Shown: one piece after another, positions 1-9,294 of the stretch
Numbering within the stretch: the first letter of the stretch is position 1
Layout: every line of letters begins with the position of its first letter
Origin: Nitrosopumilus sp.
GTDB lineage: Archaea; Thermoproteota; Nitrososphaeria; Nitrososphaerales; Nitrosopumilaceae
Direction: 5' to 3'
Assembly (NCBI GenBank): GCA_965204345.1
Contig: OZ241981.1
Coordinates: 864,001 to 928,000 of the forward strand
Length of the DNA stretch: 64,000 bases
The notes under the pieces: generated by a model
Databases searched by the model: none
The model's input: the letters and a program-made list of their open reading frames with translations, nothing else
What the model was told of the DNA's origin: nothing
Translations under genes and position numbers: made by a program

Positions 1-195
1 ATTGTATCTGCACTATCTTACATCACTACAAAGTATTATGAGAGTACAGAAAAAGTGGTCTCTCATGATAGTGGTGGTGGTATTGAGTATATCCCAGTAA
101 TAGAATATCCAATAATAATTGCGCTAGCTGTAATTATTCTAGGACTTGCAATAGATAGAATTATCTTGTTTAAAAAAAATAAAAGGAGGGGTTAG
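1..195 (+). CDS. 3' end of a membrane-anchored hypothetical protein (partial)
   Basis: Frame 1 is open from the window start and ends ...IEYPIIIALAVIILGLAIDRIILFKKNKRRG* (TM helix plus basic tail); convergent with the protease gene. Confidence 0.5.
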   Translation: MVSALSYITTKYYESTEKVVSHDSGGGIEYIPVIEYPIIIALAVIILGLAIDRIILFKKNKRRG

Positions 196-1368
196 AGTCC
201 CCAGGATAGTCCAGAAAAATTATTTGTAAATTGATTGTGTTTTACAAAATAGGCATTATTACTAGAGCCTGCCACATGTATTCCAACAAATCCCGGATCT
301 CCACTAAATGCTTCTGTTACAGGTGCACCACTATCACCACCGGCACGAACGTATGTAGTTGATACGACATCCTGCAATATGGTATTAGATTGTGACACGT
401 ACAAAAAAGTACTTGGATTTGTAACATAACCCGTCTCAACACCTGATACTGCACCATACATCTTTACCCAATCATTTTCAGACACATTATGCGTATGATC
501 TGTAATATCTGTCTGAAAGACCTAGTATTGCTTCAGCTACAGATACTGTGGACTCTATAAATGCACAATCACAGTACAATAGCCAGTTGTTCCTATCAAA
601 GGTTTCTCGTACAACTGTTCCAATCACTCTTGCCAATGTTGGTTGGCCAACATCATCTCCAATACTTCCATCTGTACAATGACCTGCTGTAACAAAGCCT
701 TCTGCACCATTGTATGTTGCCTTGAGACCTACAGTACAGTAGCCATGATCTTGCATTTGCATTTGTGTACCACCTTCAATTGGATCACATCTAAAAGATG
801 CAGTTGGACATTCATCACTATACACACGATCACCGGGTTCTACTATTACCTTGATATGATTTGGTACTATATCTGCAATGAAATCTGCATATCTCTGCAT
901 GTCTTGGGGAGTTACATGATCAGGATCGATTCCAACCAGTATGGCATCTGCTACAGAACTATATCCAACAGTTGTAAAAGGAATTACACGCTTGTCTAGA
1001 CTTTGACGGTTTTCGTCAACTAGTTTTTCAACTAATTTTGCAGTAGATAGTCTGTACTCTAATTCTTTTTCTGGATTGACTTCAGGCAGTTTGGATAGTG
1101 CATCTTGCTTTACTTGCTGCATCTTGTGCAGAATTTCTTCTTCTTTAGCTGATGTGTCTGCGTCTTCTAGCTTTTGTTCGATCTTAACAAGTTTTTTTGC
1201 AGCATCATCCATTATGTGGTTTTTGAACTTTTCTGTCTTTATGACAACGTTTTTTATACTGTCGGCATCACTTGCCTCTACAAGATTGCTACTGCCAAGT
1301 GGCAGTATTATTGTAGCAATCAAGGATGCAAACAGTACTGTTTTGAAGTTGTTTCTAGTCATTATCAT
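192..1368 (-). pseudogene. Secreted S1 (chymotrypsin/alpha-lytic-like) serine protease, frameshifted
   Basis: Signal peptide, helical pro-region, CTVG...VTAGHC (His) and DCAFI (Asp) in ORF 487..1368; GGDSGAP (Ser) in the other-frame ORF 192..485; frame break near 500 (YY|DHTHNVSEND). Confidence 0.85.
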
Positions 1369-1530
1369 TACAATAAATCATTGATTACTTAAGAAAATCT
1401 TTAATTTGAATTGATCATGTTTCACTTGAAAATCCCAATCAAAAAATGCCTAGACAAAATAGATTCCTAGTTCTTGAGGCCTTACAGTTGTTAATTACAA
1501 GTGAAAGAAACTATTACAATCACTCAAACT
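1301..1530 (-). repeat. Left arm of ~230-bp inverted repeat (promoter plus signal-peptide codons)
   Basis: Reverse complement aligns to 3781-4007 with scattered substitutions and one 3-bp indel; 1381-1440 is identical. Confidence 0.95.
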
Positions 1531-1985
1531 TAATTTTCTTGGAAATGTAAGACATCAAACATAGATTAAAGATATGTTAACTGCAATTCAAAAAGAAAAA
1601 CAACAACACAGAAGACACACAGAATATCATAAGCAGGATGACCACCTACTAAAAAAGCAACTAAAAAGACAAAAGAGCCTGAGGTAGAGGCTACAGCAGA
1701 GACACCTGAGGTAGAGACCAACAGAAATCGAATCTGATGATTTAGATCCTGTAGAAAAATAACCAACTCTTTTTCTTTTATTTGGTAATCTTTGAATACT
1801 TTGATAGAGTTTTTTGTATGACTCAAATCAAATTGTAGGACATGATAAAACTAAGAATTCAGAGCACTATTGTATCGATACTAGGTTGAAACATTATGCG
1901 ATTAATCAAAAGAATATGATGCAAATAAAAGAATGAATATGACAACTAGAAAAATCAAACAATAACATTGTTTGTTTTTTGATAA

Positions 1986-3244
1986 TTAGAGTACTCTGCT
2001 TAATTTTTCATGTATATATTGACCATCTTCATCAAATAAGGGACATTTCATTATTTCAAAATAATTGTAAATCTCATCCATTATAGATGAAGTAATTTTA
2101 CTATAATTTGCCTTTAGATATGATGACGGAACATTCCTTTCGACATATGACGTTTTCATATATTCAGTTGGAGAAGTTCCTTCAACAGCTTCTGTTTTGG
2201 GGGAAGAAAATATTTGATAATCGTCACTCCGTTCTCCATCCTCTAACCCCCATGCAGAATTATTACTTTGTAATTTAACTAATATTTTTACGTCTCCAAA
2301 ATAATTGTATTGTGAAAAAATATCTTCTGCAAACTGTAAAACATGCATTAATTTTACAGCCAGAAATGGAAGTCTTATGAAACTAACTTTTAGATTACCA
2401 TTATGATGTTGTATGTCTTTATCATAGCCTATATCATGAATATGTTGTATGCATCCATTTCTGTGAACTGCAAGTGCTCTCTTTTCATCCATGCTATTAA
2501 AAAAAATCCCTAATTTGTGAGGATTTGGAAATCCTGGAAGGAAGCCATAACGTCTAGCATTAAAATATCCGGATGGTTCATAATTCACAACATTTGGATT
2601 TAATCTATCATATACATTGCGTTTAGTTACATCAATCAAATTATTATTCAAAATGATAGGAATTACAACGATTTGTGCTTGTAAAGTTTGTGCAATCTCA
2701 AGTCGTACTTGATGAAATCGCGTAAGTGGAAACTGTAAAACAGATCTTTTTAGATATTCTTTGAGATCATCCAAGTTATGAAATCTATTTTTATACATGT
2801 CAGATATCTCTTGCTCTTGCATAGGTATTGATTCGAATTGAAATCGTTTGTAATATCTTTGAGATTTATTGTCAAAATGAGGCCTGTATCCGCTATCAGG
2901 TATTTGTAAAATTAGAAATGAATTGTCTTTTTCATTATTTACTATTTTTTGTTTTATCTGTAATCTGGGGAAAATATTTGATAGTATTATTTGTTCAATT
3001 CGTTCTTTATTGATTTTCTCAGAAATTCCATTTATTGCAATAGGATACCACCTTTACCCGATTCTTTTATTCCAAATGCAATATGTCCGCCATGAGTATT
3101 TGCAAACGCGCTAACTTGTTTTGTTAATTCTGCGTCCCCTATAATGCATTCTTTATAATCCAAAATATCGCTTTCAGGCATCTTGTTATCCATTAATGAT
3201 TTAATATCATCATATTCTAAATAATCAATATTTTTTGTAATCAT
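1986..3244 (-). pseudogene. Schlafen/AlbA_2-domain protein with two frameshifts
   Basis: PESDILDYKE...VSAFANTHGGHIAFGIKE motif; continues in other frames as YPIAINGISEKINKERIEQII (shift ~3047) and NSFLILQIPDSGYRPHF...YYKRFQFESIPM (shift ~2925) into ORF 1986..2822. Confidence 0.85.
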
Positions 3245-3585
3245 TGTTTTTAGTAATTCCTTATAGATTTAAATTAATTTACTGTTTTGAATATCTCAGA
3301 TTTGTTTAGATTTATTCGTGATTCAGAATAAAATTTCATATAAACAATTTAAATTAATATGATATATTATTTTCTTGCAGTTCCACTTCCAAACAAATAC
3401 CTTCCCACAGTAGACATTGATGAAAATAATAAAATTTGTACCATGTAAGATCATCAAGAATCATCGTTTTAGTATCATGTAGATAAACAATAATGAAGCA
3501 TGTCACTGCTATGCCTAATCCAGCTATAAGAAAAATTCTTTGTGTTATTGTGGTGTCTATTTCCGTAGTTTTTTAACATCTTCCA

Positions 3586-3720
3586 TTATACCCACCTTAC
3601 CCGTTTTCTACATCTTGGACATGGTGTCTTACCTTTTTGAATTACTAGATTGCAGTAAGGACATCGGTATATTTTTGAATCAGAATCAACAATTGATTTT
3701 AAAATCGCCGCTCCAATTGC
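3586..3720 (-). pseudogene. 5'-truncated small Zn-ribbon protein remnant
   Basis: Reads AIGAAILKSIVDSDSKIYRCPYCNLVIQKGKTPCPRCRKRVRWV* (two CxxC motifs); no start codon, in-frame stop just upstream. Confidence 0.5.
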
Positions 3721-3780
3721 CTGTTATGGTATGTCGTGTAGAAGGCGTACTGATAAACAGATCTGAAAATGTAGGAATTG

Positions 3781-4007
3781 AGTTTGAGTAATTGTAATAG
3801 TTTCTTTCATTTGTGATTAACAACTGTAAGGTCTCAACTAAGAATCTATTTTGTCTAGGCATTTTTTGATTGGGATTTTCAAGTGAAACATGATCAATTC
3901 AAATTAAAGATTTTCTTAAGTAATCAATGATTTATTGTAATGGTAATGACTACAAACAACTTCAAAACAGTACTGTTTGTATCTTTGATTGTTGCAATGA
4001 TAATGCC
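3781..4007 (+). repeat. Right arm of ~230-bp inverted repeat (promoter plus signal-peptide codons)
   Basis: Matches the reverse complement of 1301-1530; includes a TATA-like TTCTTAAG (3913-3920) and the first ~22 codons of the 398-aa gene. Confidence 0.95.
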
Positions 4008-5136
4008 GTTTTCTGCAACAGATATGGCTTTTGCAGAATCATCGACTGATGTTAAAATCAATGAATACAAACAAAAAGCACTACGAGATAATGAGGTACC
4101 ATATGATGAACTACTCCAAAGAGTTGGTGATAAATGGTTATCTAGTTACAAAGATGCGCAGCATTTTGAAATTTCTGAAAAAGCTGTAAACAAATTTGTT
4201 GAAAGAAACAAGGTAAAAGACGGTCTGGATAATGAAAATGCAAAACTAATTTCTAAAATCCACAACTTTGAGACAATTACAGAATCTGTTGGTGACGGCC
4301 ACGAAATTGTATTGCTGGTAGCTCAACTAGATAAAGCTAATGGCAAATACAACCCAAGTGAAACTGTTTCAAGATACCATGATTGGATTGAAGAACAATA
4401 TACAGTTCCAACAACCGAAAATGGTGTTATAGATAGACTAATAGAGATTCTTGGTGACAAAAAACTTGTTAACTTGGCAAAAAAACATGCCAATAATTTT
4501 AACAAACTAGCTGAACTCGGTAGCGTTCCAATCGAATTATTCATTTCAGATGAAGATTACTGGGGCGAAGTTTCACATGTTGCCTATTGTCAACGAGATT
4601 CAAAATGTGATGTTGATGCACTAAAACATCAACCGGGTGCAACAGCAGAAGAAATTGAAAGAATCCAACAAATAGAGGCTGAAGTAAACGATGTATCATT
4701 TGATCTTTGGGATCTAGTTTTACCAGAAGCATACGCTTGGACCAAAGTTCAAGTTTCATATGATCTCCATGGTAAAATAAAACTAGGTGCATGCTATTAT
4801 AAAAACTGTGATGAAATCTGGGATGAAACAACCATGGGGGCAGACTCAATTGATCATGATAGTTATGGCTTCCCCAATTTAAGGCATGTTGAAAGAGATT
4901 ATAGCATGTATTTCCATGGAAGAGTATGTGACAACTATACTGGTTCACAAACCATTGTCAATAAAGTTGAAACAACTCCATACCTAGCACAATCTTTGCG
5001 AACAGATTTGAGTGATGATGATATAAAAATCAACAGATGTGCGTATGCTAGTCATAATGATTCCTCAGCATCCCATCCATTTATTGTTGGAATTCTCGTA
5101 GAAAGTCCTGGCTCCTATTATTGGACCAACCAATAA
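3940..5136 (+). CDS. Secreted protein, 398 aa: signal peptide, helical region, Cys-containing C-terminal domain
   Basis: NNFKTVLFVSLIVAMIMPFSATDMAFA signal; long intact ORF; oligo-T tract after the stop. Confidence 0.85.
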   Translation: MVMTTNNFKTVLFVSLIVAMIMPFSATDMAFAESSTDVKINEYKQKALRDNEVPYDELLQRVGDKWLSSYKDAQHFEISEKAVNKFVERNKVKDGLDNENAKLISKIHNFETITESVGDGHEIVLLVAQLDKANGKYNPSETVSRYHDWIEEQYTVPTTENGVIDRLIEILGDKKLVNLAKKHANNFNKLAELGSVPIELFISDEDYWGEVSHVAYCQRDSKCDVDALKHQPGATAEEIERIQQIEAEVNDVSFDLWDLVLPEAYAWTKVQVSYDLHGKIKLGACYYKNCDEIWDETTMGADSIDHDSYGFPNLRHVERDYSMYFHGRVCDNYTGSQTIVNKVETTPYLAQSLRTDLSDDDIKINRCAYASHNDSSASHPFIVGILVESPGSYYWTNQ

Positions 5137-5153
5137 CCTTTTTTTCTTTTTTT
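5137..5153 (+). terminator. Oligo-T archaeal terminator-like tract
   Basis: CCTTTTTTTCTTTTTTT immediately after the TAA of the 398-aa gene. Confidence 0.5.
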
Positions 5154-5167
5154 GATGATACTAATAC

Positions 5168-5719
5168 ATGAAAAATTCAATTCTGCTAATAGTTGGAATT
5201 ATTGCAATAGTAACAGTGGTGATTCCACTTAATTACAATGCATTGACTGATCATTACACATACACAGCACCAATAAAAAATAGTAAAATTTATCCTAATT
5301 ATACACATGTTGATAGCCCTCTATTCAAAGGAATTAATGACACATTTTCAGAGAAATTAATTGACATTACATTGATAGATGCCCAAACTGTGAAAATTAA
5401 TTTTAGGAATGATGGTGAACTGCCTCCTTGGCCAATAAATGATTTTGAAGACTTTGAAAGAGAATTTGGTGTCGGCGATAGTTTTGTTACACGCTGTCAG
5501 GAAGATGCAAAAGATTCCACTAGTTATCTTACAATTCTACAGTTTAATGGCACAAGACAAATCAAAGAAGATATCTTTGCTGACTTTATTCATGCAGATG
5601 CCTCATCCAAAGCATTAATCCCTTGCAATTATCCCCAAATAGTGGATTATTCAACAAACATCTTTGAATTGAATACCATAATTGATAATGAATTCATTTG
5701 GAAGTTCAAAGAAGGATAG
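5168..5719 (+). CDS. N-terminally anchored/secreted hypothetical protein, 183 aa
   Basis: MKNSILLIVGIIAIVTVVIPL hydrophobic N-terminus; 31 bp downstream of the previous gene. Confidence 0.8.
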   Translation: MKNSILLIVGIIAIVTVVIPLNYNALTDHYTYTAPIKNSKIYPNYTHVDSPLFKGINDTFSEKLIDITLIDAQTVKINFRNDGELPPWPINDFEDFEREFGVGDSFVTRCQEDAKDSTSYLTILQFNGTRQIKEDIFADFIHADASSKALIPCNYPQIVDYSTNIFELNTIIDNEFIWKFKEG

Positions 5720-5846
5720 TATTAGAAGAGACATCTATGAATAATTTTTTGTCCAACATACTCAAGATTAAAAAAAATACAAGAAGATAAGTTTTGATCA
5801 GAGTTAAGAGAGCATTGTGATCTGACAGTGGAAGAGTCACAAAAGC

Positions 5847-6102
5847 ATGCCATCTGAAATACTAAAAATTTATTGTGAGGATATAAAATTGATCAGTACA
5901 AATTTTGCAAGTATTTCATTCTCATCAACTCATCCAAATCAAGCAGTGGAGACTGGCAATATTGCAGAGTCAACACTAGAACTGTCATCAGATGTAATAG
6001 ATTTGGATACAACGATATCTTCCAAAAGATGACAAAGAACAGAAAAAAGTTTGGAAACTTCTTAAGGGAAGGGTTGATTCATATGTGAATCCTAGAAAAT
6101 AA
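5847..6102 (+). pseudogene. Small hypothetical protein, frameshifted; possible partner of the downstream PIN gene
   Basis: ORF 5847..6032 continues in another frame as WIQRYLPKDDKEQKKVWKLLKGRVDSYVNPRK*, ending 6 bp before the PIN ATG. Confidence 0.4.
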
Positions 6103-6108
6103 CACCGC

Positions 6109-6384
6109 ATGACAGAGATTGAATTTCTCTTAGATGAAAATGCTTTAGGTCTGGCAAGATTTTTGGAAAACAGTGTAAAATACAGAAAGGTAGGAGATAA
6201 TGGATGTCCTGCAAAGGAAGCAGGGGATCCAGAGGTTGTAAAGTTTGCAAGAGAGAATAATTTGGTTATTGTTACCAGAGACACCAAAATGATAGAGCAA
6301 TGCAAGTTCGAAAATATAAAATGTGTCACATTTACTGACACAGACTTTGCCAGAAAAGTGGTAGATTATACAAAGACTGTTTGA
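6109..6384 (+). CDS. DUF5615/Mut7-C-type PIN-like ribonuclease
   Basis: FLLDENALGLARFL...GDPEVVKFARENNLVIVTRD motif. Confidence 0.8.
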   Translation: MTEIEFLLDENALGLARFLENSVKYRKVGDNGCPAKEAGDPEVVKFARENNLVIVTRDTKMIEQCKFENIKCVTFTDTDFARKVVDYTKTV

Positions 6385-6479
6385 TGTCCCAAAAGGGTGC
6401 TACCTGTTGTTTGTACCACAAAGATAACAGAACCTGTCTAAAAAGATGATCGTAAAACGGCGAAATATTCTAAGACAGA

Positions 6480-6662
6480 CTAGCGCCTTTTTCTTCTTTG
6501 TCCGGGTTTGTTTTGGCCAGGATATCTGCCCAAGACAAATCGTTTCTTAAAATTACTTTTGTTACCAACACTAGAACTAGTACCTACAATTTTTCTACCC
6601 TCAACCTTGGGGGTTTGACCTCTTACTTTTCCTGCCTTGGTAAGCGAACCGTGTGTTGCCAT
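6480..6662 (-). CDS. rps30e: 30S ribosomal protein eS30
   Basis: MATHGSLTKAGKVRGQTPKV signature. Confidence 0.97.
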   Translation of the reverse strand: MATHGSLTKAGKVRGQTPKVEGRKIVGTSSSVGNKSNFKKRFVLGRYPGQNKPGQRRKRR

Positions 6663-6705
6663 AGTCTGAGTGAAGAATTAGTAAATTTATGTATTTGGAT
6701 AACTA

Positions 6706-8439
6706 CTACCAGTATTTGGCCTTTACAGTCTCTATGACTTTTTCATGCTCCTTGCTCTTTCTACGTGCATATTTCTCCATTGCGCCAAGAGGTACACCGC
6801 CAAGGGAGCGGGCTATGGCATTAAAGAAGTATCTCTGCGGACCTTTTGCTCCAGTTTTAGTCATGAATTTTTGAATACCATATTTGAAGTTGTGTTGCCA
6901 AGTCTTGTAAAGGACGCCCAATTGTGCAGGAGTCATTTCGTTTCCAATATGGAAAAAGTCAGATTTTTCCAACAGGCCAATTGGGACAAAGGTCAAGGCA
7001 GTTGCAGTAAACATTGAATCAGGTTGCTCGTGTTCTAATTCACTAAGTAGCCTAATGGTCTCCCAGGAATCTTCAGGAGTTTCATCATTATCAAGGCCCA
7101 TGATTAATGTAAATGCGGGAATCCAGTAATCCTGATTCAAAGTTTTAACACCCTCCTTGACAACCCAGTGCCACTCAGACGGATCATATGGTGCAAGCTT
7201 TCTATCAGCATATTTGCCAATTAGCCTAAGACTGCCAGTCTCAAATCCTGCTTGGATGCCAATCATATTATCAGGACCTGCCCTCATGATTCTAGATAAA
7301 TTAGGAATCAGTTTCTCATCTGCAATAGCTCCTGCCAAGGTACCGTGAGTCGGATTCGTATGCTCAACCCCGGTGGACATGATTGCAGTGAATAGTTCTT
7401 CCAAAGCCTCTCGGTTTGGCTCCATGCCTTTTGCAGTTCTAGGATCCATTCCATAAACAAAAATATCATCACTGTGAATCCATGCAGACTTTGAACCGCC
7501 TTTCTTTATGTTGACCTGAATCTCCTTTTTGACTTTTTCTGGAGAATAGTATCTCAAAGATCGTAGCGTGACATCACAAAACTTGCAGCCCCTGCCACAG
7601 CCTCTCATTACTTCAACCATTCCATGCATGCTAGGCTCGACTATATCAGGAATTTCTTCTAGTTCCGGCCTGTCCCAGAAATTGACAAATCTGCCATGAA
7701 TTTTTTTGCCTTCCCTCTCAAATTCTTTAATGTTAACTTTGAAATCGCTTCTCTTTCTGAAAGGATCCATGTTTTCAAAATCACCGTTAATCAAATAGTT
7801 AAAGAAACGACCTGCATGTCCATCAATTTCAGGTGCGATACCGCCGAGTTCTCCTTCTAGAATTGCATAAATTCCAAATTCTTCAATTTTTGCAGGATCA
7901 TAATTGTATTGCCAGGTGCCAGATGCGCCAGAAATTACTTTGGCCTTACTTCCGGTTCTTGCCTTGGCATCCTTAATTCTGTGATGCAGCTCTGCATTGT
8001 AAAATTCATCATAAGATGTCTGCTTTCTGCCATAGGTAAAGGTCATGGTAACCGGACCCATTCCAAGAGGATCCATCTCATAAGTTCCAATAACTTCAGT
8101 CTCAGGACCAATGAATTTTTCAATATGGTTTGGATGCGCAACTACAACATCCTGTCTGCTAAAGCCGTCACGAAGCAGTCCGGCTTCTAATTTTCTCAAG
8201 CCATATGGAGCATACTTTGCAACACCGTCAATGTCAGGGGACCAATTACATATAAAGTCAAATAAGACTTTGGGAGTTACCTGATTTTTCAAAATCTTGT
8301 ACCAAAAACTGCTTTTGTCCCTATTAGGATCAAGTGCCGGAGCACATCCAAAAAAGGTTGCAAGTGATAGCCCCCTATAAGGTGACATCAGTGTCCTATC
8401 AGCCGTCAAGACTATCTTTGGATGACCCATACCCTTCAC
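6706..8439 (-). CDS. Radical SAM protein (B12-binding-domain-type family)
   Basis: VEVMRGCGRGCKFC CxxxCxxC motif; IVLTADRTLMS and APYGLRKLEA N-terminus typical of this archaeal family. Confidence 0.9.
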   Translation of the reverse strand: MKGMGHPKIVLTADRTLMSPYRGLSLATFFGCAPALDPNRDKSSFWYKILKNQVTPKVLFDFICNWSPDIDGVAKYAPYGLRKLEAGLLRDGFSRQDVVVAHPNHIEKFIGPETEVIGTYEMDPLGMGPVTMTFTYGRKQTSYDEFYNAELHHRIKDAKARTGSKAKVISGASGTWQYNYDPAKIEEFGIYAILEGELGGIAPEIDGHAGRFFNYLINGDFENMDPFRKRSDFKVNIKEFEREGKKIHGRFVNFWDRPELEEIPDIVEPSMHGMVEVMRGCGRGCKFCDVTLRSLRYYSPEKVKKEIQVNIKKGGSKSAWIHSDDIFVYGMDPRTAKGMEPNREALEELFTAIMSTGVEHTNPTHGTLAGAIADEKLIPNLSRIMRAGPDNMIGIQAGFETGSLRLIGKYADRKLAPYDPSEWHWVVKEGVKTLNQDYWIPAFTLIMGLDNDETPEDSWETIRLLSELEHEQPDSMFTATALTFVPIGLLEKSDFFHIGNEMTPAQLGVLYKTWQHNFKYGIQKFMTKTGAKGPQRYFFNAIARSLGGVPLGAMEKYARRKSKEHEKVIETVKAKYW

Positions 8440-8481
8440 GGAAATAATTTTCTGATTTATTTTAAACCTTGCTAGTCAAAC

Positions 8482-9294
8482 CTAGTAACTCTCTAAGATT
8501 CCAGCCTTGTTTCTATGTAAATGACCAAATTCCTTATTTTTAGACAAATGTTCCCCATCAAAGACGGTCCCATCTTTACATGCAAGATCTTCTCCCACAC
8601 AGCAACTGCCACATATGCCAACACCGCACTTCATCATCCGCTCAAGGCTAGCCTGAACAAAGATATTTCTTGAATGGGCAGACTGGACAGTTTTATACAT
8701 CATAATTTCAGGGCCGCATACATACACGGCATCAAATCGGGTTTTATCAACCAATTTCTCAACCACATCAGTGACAAATCCCTTCTCACCATAACTGCCA
8801 TCATCAGTAGAGACAATCACAGAATGTGAATTATTCTTCAATAGATCATTTGCCAGGTCCTCAAAGAAGACCTCATCTCGTGATTTTGCGCCCATTAGCA
8901 CGGTAACATCATCAGTGGGCTTTACAAAAGTAAGCAGCCTCATCATTGGAACAAGTCCGGTTCCGCCTCCAACTAGCAGCAGTTTGCCCTCCTTAACGTC
9001 AAATGAATTTCCATAGGGACCACGAATTCCAATTTGTCCCCCCACTCCAACATTGAATAATCCAGTAGATGAAGGCCCGTGTTTTCTTACAGTAAATGCA
9101 GCTTTTCCAGACTCTTTTGAAATCATAACGCTCATCGGCAGCTCATTTACACCGGGAATCCAGACCATGGCAAATTGACCAGGCAAAACATTTGGCATTA
9201 CATCATCGGAGAAAACCAGCGTTCTAACAGTAGGAGTCTCGTCAACTATTTTTTCAACAGTAACAATTGTGGGATGATTAGGATTTCTTTGCAA
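8482..9294 (-). CDS. pyrK: Dihydroorotate dehydrogenase electron transfer subunit
   Basis: PGQFAMVW, RGPYGN, GGGTG, CGVGICGSC...C 2Fe-2S motif; adjacent to pyrD. Confidence 0.95.
   Translation of the reverse strand: MQRNPNHPTIVTVEKIVDETPTVRTLVFSDDVMPNVLPGQFAMVWIPGVNELPMSVMISKESGKAAFTVRKHGPSSTGLFNVGVGGQIGIRGPYGNSFDVKEGKLLLVGGGTGLVPMMRLLTFVKPTDDVTVLMGAKSRDEVFFEDLANDLLKNNSHSVIVSTDDGSYGEKGFVTDVVEKLVDKTRFDAVYVCGPEIMMYKTVQSAHSRNIFVQASLERMMKCGVGICGSCCVGEDLACKDGTVFDGEHLSKNKEFGHLHRNKAGILESY

Noticed and set aside
1566-1826. 86-aa minus-strand ORF
   Set aside because: Likely a shadow. The plus strand holds a broken low-complexity remnant (PPTKKATKKTKEPEVEATAETPEVET) with a 12-bp repeat; neither is supportable as a gene.
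1301-4007. Composite transposon or IS with terminal inverted repeats
   Set aside because: No transposase is present, the arms run into the coding sequence of the flanking genes, and no target-site duplication was seen.
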